From Azolla caroliniana (taxonomy: Eukaryota; Plantae; Polypodiophyta): a stretch of DNA of 64,000 bases. Under the pieces are notes generated by a model. It made no database searches, had not been told where the DNA came from, and saw nothing but the letters and a program-made list of their open reading frames with translations. The position numbers and the translations under genes are program-made. Numbering within the stretch: position 1 is the first letter of the stretch; each line of letters begins with the position of its first letter. Shown here in pieces: positions 27,401 through 39,700 of the stretch. The DNA is taken from the NCBI GenBank assembly GCA_043228905.1, contig JBHGNT010000001.1, positions 34,658,001-34,722,000 of the forward strand. The letters run 5' to 3'.

Positions 27401-30400
27401 CCTCTATTAAATGGATGTGATCACATGAAAATTTTGGGGTGTGAAAAGTTATACGGTATGTTAGGACGTATGTAAAGAGCAATAGATGGGTTGCCAGCTT
27501 AACAATACACACTGTGTGGACATATGTACAGTGGAGCACACATACGGACCACCAATTGTCATATCTCGTGATAAGAACATAATCACCCTTGTCATATGTA
27601 AAGAGACTAATTGTTGCATTCACTGTGAAGGACCTCATATCCTTACCCACTCTCATGATGGTATTTACTGAGAAATTTGTTACAAAGTAATGAGAAGGTG
27701 AAGTTATATAAACCAAGCTCCCTCCTTTTATATAGTGTTGATTTACATGATTAGTAGTATAGCTTCATTGTAATTTCCCCTCCCATCGCTTAACATAAAT
27801 TAAACTCTTTTGGTGCATAGTGTCTAAATATATTTTCATTGTGTGCGAACTAGCTATCTAGTCCTCTAAATCTTCACAAGAATTTGTAAATACTTGACTT
27901 CAGCAAAGACCAAGACATTTCAATGAGTATTAAGAAGGATTCAATATTTGAAGAGAAAAGGAAGAGGTCAAGTTTGAATTTGAACTTTCATCCAGAAATT
28001 AGTAAAAGCAAGAGATGCCATTCTTTAATTGTTTAATGCTATTTAAGGATGGGGTTAGGGTTGGGAAGGAAAGACCAAGTCACATTATTTGATAAGTTCA
28101 AGTTCATTTTCATCAGTAGAATTTGGGTTGATGAACACAACAATGACTTTGGGTGTCCCTTTGAAAGAGCAGAGTATTTGGTTCTTCTTTGAGTGGATTT
28201 GAGTGAGACCACTGCTCAAGACTCCTCCGATGGATTCTCACTTTTGTGGCCTAAATACATTAGTGAGTGGTTTCTCCATCTAAGAGAGCTTGCTACATTA
28301 TGTTAAAACCCCTCTTGTGTTTGGATGCACAATAGGATAAAACACATTTGAGCGATATCTATGAAATTATAATGCATGTACCTGTGCTTCTACACCTCAG
28401 TTCAGTCAATTTAAAGCGATCGAGAAAAAGATAATTATAAATATTCATAACAGAAATGAATAATGTGCACATACTTCTATAGCACATGTGAGGCCATGTC
28501 CAATGTGTAGAGCACCTGTAACATTTGGTGGAGGAATCACCTGAAATTTTGAATGAATTATTAATTCAGAATCAAATTCAACAATCTGAAGTTTTCCTTA
28601 AGAAACCAGGCCTAAATAACTCACAATCACAAAAGGTGGACTCTTCCGAGCAGGATCAGCAACAAAAAATCCAGATTTCTCCCAATACTCATACCAACTG
28701 TGAGAATAATCAACAATCAGATATTAACAGAGTAGCATTCTGGCAGGAACTAGCCAAGCAACCAAATTCACATAATCACCTTGCTTCAACGAGTGTGGGA
28801 TCATATGATTTTGCCATATCAGGTGCTAATTTTTTTCTTTCCCCTGGAACAGTGGGCGGATCTTGATAGTCACCATCCTCTTCATGTTTGCGAGCAGTTT
28901 TTTTTGTTTCCTTGGGTTTAGAGGTCTCCTTCTCTTTCTGTCATATCCACACATGTATTTTCAAGGTTATGAAGAGAAATACAGCAAAAATGAATGTAGT
29001 AGACAACGCTTACCTGGGCTTTCAATGCCTCCGCTTTTTGCAAGGCTTTTAGTTTCTTTGCTTCCTTCTCCTTAGCCTGTGTTCATAATGAGATTAGCAA
29101 GGAATTTATACTGATCTGTACTCATCATAGGATTAGTTTGGACGCAAGTATCTAGGTTTATAAATATAAGATAGTAATAGTAATACAAATAACAAAACCT
29201 TGTAAATATGAACTCTTCTACGTAAGTAGCAGTAATAAATGAATTTGTCAAAAATGGCCTCCTTGGCATGACAGTTTAGCTACATTCCAGTTCTCTCAAA
29301 ATACAACTAATTGCATTTCCTACAATGGCCGTCATTTAATTTAAGATTGCATACATAGCATATGGAAAATTGTGTACATAAGCTTGTTTCCTATGTAACT
29401 ACAAAGATCTTTGTACATAGCATATGGAAAATTTCATACATAATCAGATGGGCTCGGTTCAGTTCGGTTTCAAGGCAAGGAAACCGAACCGAGCCGTTTA
29501 TACAAAACAAAAACCAAACCAAACCGTTTAGGGAAAAGTTGAAACCAATCCAAACCATTTAATAGAAAATTTAAACCTAACAAATTAAATCAAACTAATC
29601 AAACATCTAAATAAACTAAAATACATTAAATTAAATAAGTATTTAAGTTAAATTTATTAAATCAATAAAAGAAACTTTAATTGAACCATTAAATTAAATA
29701 AACATTTAAGTTAAATTAATTAAATCAATAAAAACCCATTAATTAAACCATTAAATTAATAAACTGTTAAGGTAAAATAAAAGTTAACCAAAAACCTATA
29801 AACCTTTAAACCAAACCTATAAACCTATAAACCCAAGTTTTAGAACCGAAACCGAACCATTTATCAAAAATCCAAACCATTAAATTCTTTTGGAACCAAT
29901 AAACTGTTAAACCATGGCTTAACAATTCACTTCAGTTTGAGCCGAAACTGTGCCCATTGCTACATAATCTAACATTTTGACCTTGACAGAATACACGCTG
30001 CAAGAAACGGCAAAGAGCTTTCTATGGCCACTGTAAAGCACAGTGAAATCTTTCTACAACATAAATCCTCTGTTAGCTGTCTTATCACATAATTAGCATT
30101 TTCCTGACACAAGTACTCCATTGACACTTGGAGTACGTTTCCATTGGCATTTTTCTCCAAAAATTGAAATAAACTAGATAGCCTCAGACGTCACAATCAT
30201 ACCTCTACATTGAACACAGAATATTCATCCAATAAGCTGATGCTGCCAACATGAAACCTTCAGTAACTATTAGAACCACAGTCTGATTCACACAGCATCC
30301 GCAATGTGCAACAGCAATTTCTTTCTCACATTGCCAAATCAACCCTGATTTCGTTTTCTCTTCAAGCTTCTTACTCCATAATAATGCATAGTTACTCAAA

Positions 30401-32358
30401 TGTCTTTTGACAATGATCATTTTAGAATTAAGGTAAATCATGCATAAGCATCAAGCACTCTATCAAATCATATATAAATGAGTTGGAGAAGAAAAAACAA
30501 AAAATTGCAGACATTATCAATGCATGAAAGTAAGTAACTTGGTTGTCTCTAAAAGCCTCCACATTCATCTAATTGAGAATCATGGTTCTTCGCAGTTATA
30601 GAGAACTCACAGACTTCACGAAAGCTTTTCATAACCATCCATTCAATATAATACAATGTCCAATTGATATGAAGCAACCATTGGCGTTCAGACTTATCAT
30701 TCATGTTATGGAACCTTTAGAAAGCATGCATAGTTTCCATAATTATTCATCTAATTCAGAATCATGGTTCTTAGCTGTTCCAGAGAACTCACAGCTTTCA
30801 CAAAAGCGTTTGACAATCATTCATTCAATTTAATACCATGTCCAATTGATATTAAGCAACTATTGACGTTCAGAATTATCAGTCATGTTATGAAATCTTT
30901 GGAAAGAATGCATAGATCCCATGATTGAATGAAAATAATTTGATTGCTCAATTTGCCATTCCATTCAACATCCTACTGCATCAAAATTAAGCAGAAGTGT
31001 GCTGCACAAGGTCCATCCCACGTCACAGATCCTCTCAAAGGCATGGAAATTTTCTGGTTGTCCATTAGACCTTAAAATTTTCTATCTTAAAATTGTGCCT
31101 ACGAGATTTTTGAGCAAACTATATCCTTTTTGGCTATGTTTAGAGTCTTAACTGAGCTTCTCGTCATCATCATCTTTTCCTATTTTGTTTCATTCTCTAT
31201 GGATCGTTTTGTCTACGTTTTGCTTTGTTTTCCATTCTCTGGTTTGCTCAGTATAGATTATGCAGAAGCATGGCAACAGAAACTTGTGTCGTGGAATCTT
31301 TAGAGAACACGCCGTCACATTAACTGTTGAAACTGTGTTACTGGAGGAAAAACACTGTTTTCTAAAAAGCTTTGCGTAGTTTTCCAATCTATTTAGTCCC
31401 ATGTTTGATCTTAAAATAGAACCTTAAGAACAGAGGGTGTTGGTTCTCTGAATAAACTTCTCTACTCTAAAACGGATTACAGTCTACTTTAGTATGATCT
31501 ACGGATCAATCTTCCAATCAAATTTCCTTTTATCACAGCTTTGCTTAGTCTTCTATTCTAGAATACATCTAATATCTTTCATGTTCAATATAAATGAAGC
31601 AAAGCTATGGAAAGCTTCAATTAATTAAAAACATCGACGGACCTGAATTTCATTCTGCACTAAAATAAGAACCTTTGCTCGTTTTTACAGACCGTTTAAG
31701 AAAGATATGCAGAAGAAGAAGAAAATTTCATTGCTTTTGCCTTCACCAACTCCTTTGCTTAGTTTTTCGTACTGGTCTACTCTCATGCATATTCAACAGA
31801 AATAAAGTGATCTATGAGAGCTTCACTCCAACCTTTAAAGGATGAATGTATCTGAAGGTTGAGTTCCTCTATACTGAAGCACATTCCCTTGCTCGTTTTT
31901 ATAGTTGATTGAAAAAAGATATAAAGGAAGAAGCATAAAAAAACAAAGCTTTGACAGAAACGTTGCTTAGCTTTTCATATTGGTTAACTATCATTCACAA
32001 TCAACAGAAATGAAGAGAAGCTACGGGAGCTTCAATCCAACCTTTAAAAGAAAGCCGAATACAGTTGATTAAGGAAAGATATACAAAGGAAGAGGAGCAA
32101 AAAGAAAATAGCTTCAACTACCTTCTCATCCCTTCTCTTCTTCCTCTCCAAATCTGCGTCGCTACCATTAGCTGATTCCGATGTCTACAAAGAAGGAAAA
32201 AAGGAAAGAAAAGTAGAAATATAATGTTAAGAAGATAGAACAGGAGAGGTGACAATAGAGAAGCCAGAGAGAATGGTGCAGAAAAAAATGAGTAGAAATA
32301 CATCTTCATTACGGAGGTCGAGGTCGCCATTCCCGCCTCTATCATGAGTATCCGCCAT
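21447..32358 (-). CDS. ValRS: Valine--tRNA ligase, eukaryotic type, about 1064 aa, 21 exons: 32302-32358, 32122-32184, 29014-29076, 28780-28937, 28625-28697, 28475-28540, 27186-27269, 27022-27099, 26837-26920, 26662-26741, 26454-26511, 25999-26301, 25750-25917, 25439-25629, 24942-25344, 24127-24378, 23001-23507, 22823-22926, 22241-22340, 21819-21961, 21447-21606
   Basis: Class I motifs [13 protein letters not shown] and KMSKS, plus [52 protein letters not shown] and [14 protein letters not shown]. Lys/Glu-rich N-terminal extension. All junctions GT-AG, 3195 nt in frame. Confidence 0.96.
22385..22761. repeat. Two-copy tandem duplication (period about 200 bp) filling most of ValRS intron 18
   Basis: aacactagtatgcc...actacagca starts at 22385 and 22585. 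Confidence 0.9.
27459..27795 (-). mobile_element. TRIM/LTR-retroelement-like relic in ValRS intron 6: LTR-like 27557-27795, PBS-like 27541-27554, truncated second LTR-like piece 27459-27504
   Basis: Minus strand reads TGTTAAGC...GACA with a TATA (CTATATAAAAGG), then AT and TGGTGGTCCGTATG, then a second TGTTAAGC...TAACA segment sharing CTCTTTACATA with the first. No clear 5-bp TSD. Confidence 0.5.
29446..29961. mobile_element. hAT-like MITE (about 516 bp) in ValRS intron 2
   Basis: Identical 8-bp flanks ACATAATC (29438-29445 and 29962-29969), imperfect terminal inverted repeats (AGATGGGC...GCCCATTGCT), subterminal AACCGAACCG/CGGTTC repeats and a very AT-rich core. Confidence 0.75.
30563..30922. 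repeat. Two-copy tandem duplication (period about 182 bp) in ValRS intron 2
   Basis: attcatctaatt...gaatcatggttctt...atgcatag starts at 30563 and 30745. Confidence 0.85.
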
Positions 32359-32405
32359 GGCCAAGGGATGGAAGGATGGATCGAGCTTCCGTCCTGCAGG
32401 AAGAC

Positions 32406-32414
32406 TTAGGGTTT
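32406..32414 (-). promoter_or_regulatory. Telo-box (AAACCCTAA) about 50 nt upstream of the ValRS start
   Basis: TTAGGGTTT on the + strand. Telo-boxes are typical of the 5' regions of plant translation-machinery genes. Confidence 0.5.
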
Positions 32415-34870
32415 AAAAGAAGGGTAAAAGAGGCACTTTTCTTTCGTTAATAACCGTGTATCATGGTCGTCATCACCTTCTTCCTCTCTCTTTCTCCGTA
32501 GGTCGCTCACTCTGCGTTGTCCATGTGTCTTTTTGGTTTTCTATAATTCCACGACCTGCCCCCCAACCCACGTCCAATGAGCAAGCAGCCCGGGCATTTC
32601 TAGATGAAACACTTGCTGCGCTTATCGTTTTTTCAAAGATGGTTAGGCGGCAACCTTTCAGCCGGCCGCCTGTGGTTCAATCATCCGTTCCAAGAGGATC
32701 AAGCATTGTACCCCCCTCCCTTTCATTTACTTCACGTCCTCCATGAGCACTCGAGTTTTCCCGTTGTAATCTGCATAATATTCCTCTCCATGCTTTCTCT
32801 TCTATATTTCCCCTTTAGTGCTTTGTTATGATCCACGAAATATACCCCTATGTTTTACTTTATCCCCACCCTTTTGTTTACATCACCATTAACCAAGTAA
32901 TTATCTTTTCCTTTTTCTCAACTGAATGTGTTATTTTGAGTGGTCGTTTCCGTCCTTGTTTCTCTCTTCAAAGGCTAACCAAGGGCATTGGTGAAATAAT
33001 GAAAACTTGGGAGCGTTCATTATATCTTCCTATTTCAATAGAATTGATGCTTGAGAAATATAGGAGACATTATTAACATTATTATGAAGTTAAGAATATG
33101 GATGTAGTTTCCATGGTTTATAAAAACTATTTTACGTCACCTTGAAGAGGAACTTTGTTTATGTATTCTTCTACTTCACAAACATTATATGATTAGCAAA
33201 CAATAAATTATATAATTTATGTAACTAGGGCATGGATTTTTGAATGATTCTTGTGTTTTTATTGATCCACCAATACCATATCTAAAGGTCACGACCACCA
33301 AACTTGAGCCTCGATTCATTTGCAATTCTTCACCAATCGGTACCAACTCTTACATGATGACTTTGCTCATTGGTTTTCACCTTAATGTTACATTATTACC
33401 AACATTTTTCAACGAATTTTGGTTTGTCCATTTGCAAGGAATCTTTGATGGAATTCAACATTTCTTACTTCGCCCTTGACAACAAGGTTGTTCCCTCCAT
33501 TATATCCACATGATTTTCCCATCTTATTGTTTAGATATATGAAAACTTATATAAAACATTTATTTACATTTCCTATTTCAAGCAACAATTAGGAAACCAA
33601 AATTTTGAGCATTTCTCATCCTCCTATGTTGTACAGCTAAAGGAATTGACTCATTATCAACCATGCAACTTCCCAACATTGCCATTGCTTTTATTCCATC
33701 ACTTTGCAATAAGCTCCATAGAGGGCAACATATTAGTGGATTTCAAACCTCATCGAGCATTAATTACAAAGTGATGTGAATGCACCATGCTTGCATTGAT
33801 GATCATTTACTTATACATAATACAAGTGGTAGTTATGTTAATATGAGATTGCAAAATATCTTGACTAGGCTTGCATACAACTAAATATATGATTTACTTG
33901 GTGGCTTCAAACTATCATATGAATATGATTGACTAGGTCTGCATGGAACAATGAGTGATAGGGGTGCGATTTGAGAAAATGAGAGATTGCATGTGCCAAA
34001 GCTCGCTCAAGTCATTACATATAAAACCTATGACGTTAATATACGTGGAAACATGTAAGACTAGTCTAGACAGAAAGTAACATTGCCATAATGTGTGATT
34101 ATATATTTCTCTTGTTACATTCAAAACAGTAACACAACAAACTAAAAATAGTTGCATACCCACCACGAAATTGGCAATTTACTACCATCAATAATTTTCA
34201 ATTTTTTGAAATCACAATTCCACATTGCTTTGTACATATTATTCCCCCAAGATTGAGATTATATCTTGCATCAATGTCAGAAAATGTGAGTTACATCTGA
34301 AACAACCAGATTCTTACATTTTATAATGCAAAAAGGCATGTGTTTACAAAATAATCTTTACTTAGTAGATGCCAATCGTAACCTTTTGGGCACTTGTTCG
34401 GATGCCTGTTTGTTTCTGTTTTTTCGAATGTTTAAATACTAAAACTTTGAAGGCGTCATTTGCATATACCTTTCAAAGAAAATTGGATGTGTGCACCTCT
34501 TCCACACACCCAAAACCAAACATGTCACCAAGGGGATGGGTTCCTTTGAACCATTCATTCCCCAATATCAGGACCAATACAATCTTAATGGCTATATATA
34601 TGTATATGTGTGTTTATATGTTTTACCCATATCAATACACTACACCCCCTGGTACTAATGCTCATTCTGCATTGTACAGGTTCGTATTCGTCGACCAAAG
34701 CTATTTTACATCTTCTATACGAGCATTATTACCCATTTTTGCCCATGTTATCCGACAAAAATTACCCGATACCAAAGTTCTTTGTTTGCTTTAGACAAAT
34801 GCAAACAAGCAAAATTATCTGGTTTTCTTCGCTTATTTGTTTACTTTCTTTAGGGAACCATTGTTCCTTA

Positions 34871-36699
34871 TCAGTATTTGACTAACAATCTCTCCAGTGG
34901 CTTCAGAGCAATGGTAAGCTCAGAGAATGTTGGGCGTAACCTCGACTCACTGTTCCATTAACAAAGATCAGTCAATAAAAACTCTCTTTTATCAAACTCA
35001 ATCAAGCTTATCTTTATTTCCACAGAAAAAATCTAATCTCTCCTCTATTATTCTATATCATATTATAAACAAATAGAACCTCATATAGATATACAACAAT
35101 GGAATAAACCAGATTAGGGAAATATTTCATTAAGTTTTTGATATATTTCCTGTTTCTAATCTTTCCTTATACAAATCTTGATCTCAATCCTAAAGCACTA
35201 AGTCTCCTATATCACTGCTGCCTCTTTAAGCTATACTATAGCATGGTTCGCTTAGGTTTTAAAATAGCATTAGACATATATACGCTTCTAACATACATCA
35301 CAAATGGAACACATCGAACACAGTGCATGTAAGTGATAATGGAAAAAATTAATAGATTTGGGAGCATTCTATGATCTAGAATACAAACCTTTGCCAGCAG
35401 CTTGAAATTATTTGAGCAACAAGGGGATCCACATTCTCCGGGATATCGAGGCGACGATTCTGGAATCCAACTGCACCAACCACCTGCATCGGGTTCATTC
35501 CACTCCATGGTTGTTGTAAGGTGCATAATTCCCACAAGATGACACCAAAGCTGTACACGTCACATCTGAAAAACAAACACAGCGTGAATACTTTTTAAGT
35601 GTCCCTACAAATAAAAGTTTTGCTACAATTAATCCATAGGAGTTTTATCTGCAGGTTCTTGCCCAAAAACCAACAAGAACCTTCAAGCCTTTAATAACTA
35701 GACAAAAAATACCATTATCTACTGTAAAATTATTTGTATTTCGAAACCAATTAAGAAACAATAGCCAATGTTAGATAAAGAATTTGTAGAAAAATGAGAA
35801 AAAAAAAATACTAAACCCACAAGAAACTCAGTCTTGAAATTATCTAATTAAGCCCCAACAAAAGGAATTCAACCTCGAACTACAAAACATTACATAAAAG
35901 TAACATATCAATAAGTTAAAGTGAAATGAGCATGAGCATGCCCAAAAGCGTTTAAGATTCCCTATTCACAATACAAATCATTTGCAAGAGCAAGTTAATT
36001 GTTCCATATTTTGAAAACTCAATTAGATCCACGTCATCATTGAGGTGAGAACTTCATGGATGAGACGTCCCACCAGCAGGACACCATAACAGGATGGCTG
36101 TTGCTGAACATGATGGATCTTAATATACTTGCATCATGCCATCTATTTGAAACAAAGAGGCCATGCATTATAACTTATCTTCTATAGTTTCCAGAAAGGC
36201 TCTACAGCTCCTTCAATTCAAGATGAGAAACTGTATATGCATGTCATTAAACAGTATCCTCACATTTGAGTATCAAATTTTCTTCAATCATATATCACTC
36301 CAAAGCTTCTTTTCATAATAACTCTCTATCCAAATTTTGAGTTTGTAGTTCTTTGAAACAAAGAAAGAAAAATGAAATGCTGCTTACTTCTCATTCGAAA
36401 GCTCATTTCGAAGTACTTCAGGTGCCATCCATTCTGGCTGTAAGAAAAAAGACAACAAGAGTTTACAATCCATGTTATAAGAATAAGGGAAAACCTCAAA
36501 CGGGAGAGAAGCTTGCAGCTGAGCTACAAGTTTGGAGACCACCTAAACCAAGACATAAGCCTAAACTGAATATTCGAACTACTTACAGTTCCAGCGGTTG
36601 ATTTTGAAGAGAGAAATGTATGATGTTTCATGCGAGACAACCCAAAATCACACACCTGCACATTCATATTTACTTACAATACATATGGTGGTGAATTTA

Positions 36700-36733
<34 letters not shown>

Positions 36734-39700
36734 CCTAAACAGTTAAAAGAAAGTATTGCAATCAGACAGAAAAGATATAAAATAAAATGACTTTTCTCAG
36801 AAGTTCATGAGTTAATTGATAGCTCAATTAATATACTGACACGCCATGCTACAGCCACTCATCTAGAGAGATTATCTCATCAGACATGTGGAGATTTCAA
36901 AATTGAACATTTTTCATTTTAAAGGAAGATATAAAATAAAATGACTTTTTTCCGAAGTTCATGAGTTTATTGATAGCTCAATTATATACTGACACGCTAT
37001 GCTCCAGCCACTCATCTAGAGATATTATCTCATTAGACAAGTGGAGATTTCAAAATTGAACATTTTTCATTTAAATTTGTCTTTTATAAGAATCTCACCA
37101 GAAAACTAACCCGTATTTACACAGAATTTTCAAGATTACATAAGACAAACCTTTGCGACCCAATTTTTATCGACCAAAAGGTTTGGCGACTTCAAATCTC
37201 GATGAACAATAATGGGGTTGCTCGTGTGGAGATAATTCATGCCTTCAGCCTAAGAACAAACAAACGATCAGATTCTACAACATGTAAAACCCCAGGAAGA
37301 GCTGAAGTTGAATTCAAGAAACATACAACATCCAGAGCCATCTTCAAGCGCAATTTTTCATCAAGTTGACAGTTAGGCCGATGTAGCAATCTGAATAAAC
37401 TTCCTCTGTTTCATATTCAAATCAATAAATCAGCAAAAATATAGAAACCCCTGTTAAATTCCACAAGTTAAAGAAGAATACCTTGGCAAGTATTCAGTCA
37501 CAATAGAAAGGTTTGGTGGGCGTGTTACAGCACCAAGAAATAACACTACATTGGGATGTTGCATGCGTCGCATAATTCGAACCTGAAGAAGCCAACGTAT
37601 ATAGATGTGAACAAATCTATAATCTCTTTTTCAATCAGAACGCTTGAAGATAGGTGTCATTTTACCTCACTAATAAATTCATCAAGTGCATCCCCGAAAA
37701 AATCTTGGTCAAGAAATTTTTTAACAGCAACTTCCTGCATGCATGCCATCAATAAGGCAAAAAAACGCATTCACAATATTGGCATCAACCGACAAACGCC
37801 ACAGTGCCTTTCACAACATACATTTTCTAAATAAAAGCGTTGAAACCAGACCTGCAGTCCGGCGGCAGGGTCTACGACTGACTTCAGGCAACATGAATTA
37901 CGAAGCTTTTTTGTCAAGGAATAAGAAGAAATATAAAGTACTAAAAAGAATATCATCATTTTATGATGGAGTTTATAAGAAAGTTCCTACAGAGCACATG
38001 GTTATCCTTCATATGCAAATGGCTTAGTAGATTTCTACAATCTATGATATCTGCTATTCACTAATCTATTGGTGGTGCAATGAGAATCACACAAACACAA
38101 ATGGAAGTTCAAGAATTACCGTCCCACGCCAATCTCCATGATGAACCTCACCATAAGAGCCTGTCATCAGTAAAACATTGAAGATCATCTTTCTATAAAG
38201 AAACAGAAAACCTACATATCTTCTTCTGGTCATTTTAACAAAACATTACCCAATCCTATCCGCTCGCCTATCACAATCTCCTCCCATGGAATTTCCCACT
38301 CTGCCACATTTTCTAGCACTGGGTCTCCTTTATTATTGACGTGTTTTTTCCAACATTCCATATAGCCAGAATTTAATCTCTCATGAATCGTTTGTATTTG
38401 AATCTCTGCCTCATCCTCATGACCCTTACTTGCTTTGTCACCACCCATATTCTCAACATGATTCCTTTGCATAATCCATTCTTCATCTAACTGCAGAGGA
38501 GCAACCATAGCTGTCTCAATGCCAATATGTGCTGGCTTTGACCTATCAACTTCATCTATCACCTCAGAAGATACATGAAGTCCAATTGCTGGAACTCTGG
38601 AAGTATCATTAGTAGTTCGCTGTTTGCCAGGTAAAGACTGAAACACTTTTGCTTGCAGCCCACTAAGAGTGTGATTTGATGGTTCTGCTGCACATTCCTC
38701 TCTAAAAGTGGAGGTGATTTTGGGTTGATTTCCACCAGTTGAAAGATTATGAGCCTTGTCTATCTGTGAAAAGAGCTCTTCAACCAGGGCAGAATTCTCA
38801 AAGAGATCAATATTGGCTGCAGTTCCAACTGATTCAGCAGGTAACAAAGTGCCAGGTGCACCCATTAAGTCAACAATATATTCCCTGCATTTCCATTAAA
38901 AATATAAACTATATTACACCACAGGCAAAACAATTTTAGCGCTTATTTTTATGTTTGTCACTTTTCTAAACTCAAGCAAGTTGTTATGCAATAGGAAAGA
39001 TGAAGAGACTAACATTGAAACAAATCGACGGCTAAAAGTAATGGGTGTGTGTTTTAATTGCATAATCGTTCATTATAACTATCTTCATAAGATAAAAACC
39101 ACAATAGAAAAAAATGTACTGCAGAAGTACAAGGAAATTTCTCTTTCACCAATTATTACTTGCAAAATGGTCTCAAAATCAGATTCTGATATGAAGACTA
39201 TGCAAGAATTCTGGAATTGCTATAGAGAAAAAAAACAAAGACATATCACACAAAACAATTCCAAACATTGAAAGCAGAGAGTCAATTAAGAATTATGGAT
39301 GGTGAAAACAAACAAATACCTTTAATGTTACAAAATGTATTATAGACAAATGCCTTAAAAGGTTCTTTGAAGCCCCTATAAGAATTGCACCTACAGCAAA
39401 GATGAGCATAAAACCAAAATCATCTAAACTACCAGAGTCATATAAATGACAGATGCCTATACAATCAGACAATTTATTGAGCATGTCCATAAATAAAGCT
39501 AGAGGTTTCGTTCAAATACAATATATGATGTAAATCGTAATTCTCAGGACACAGCATGTAGAACTTCCACAGGTAAATAAAACAAAAAAAAACACCAATA
39601 TTGCTAGAATTCCATGACTAGAGAAATCCTCTATGCACAAAGAAACGTCCACGTAAGATTTTAGACTTACTAAGATTTCATTTCACATCTAGGAAGATAG

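Noticed and set aside
28525-28866. 113-aa Gln/Asn-rich ORF on the + strand
   Set aside because: It lies antisense across ValRS exons 4-6 and their T-rich introns, so it is a compositional artefact.
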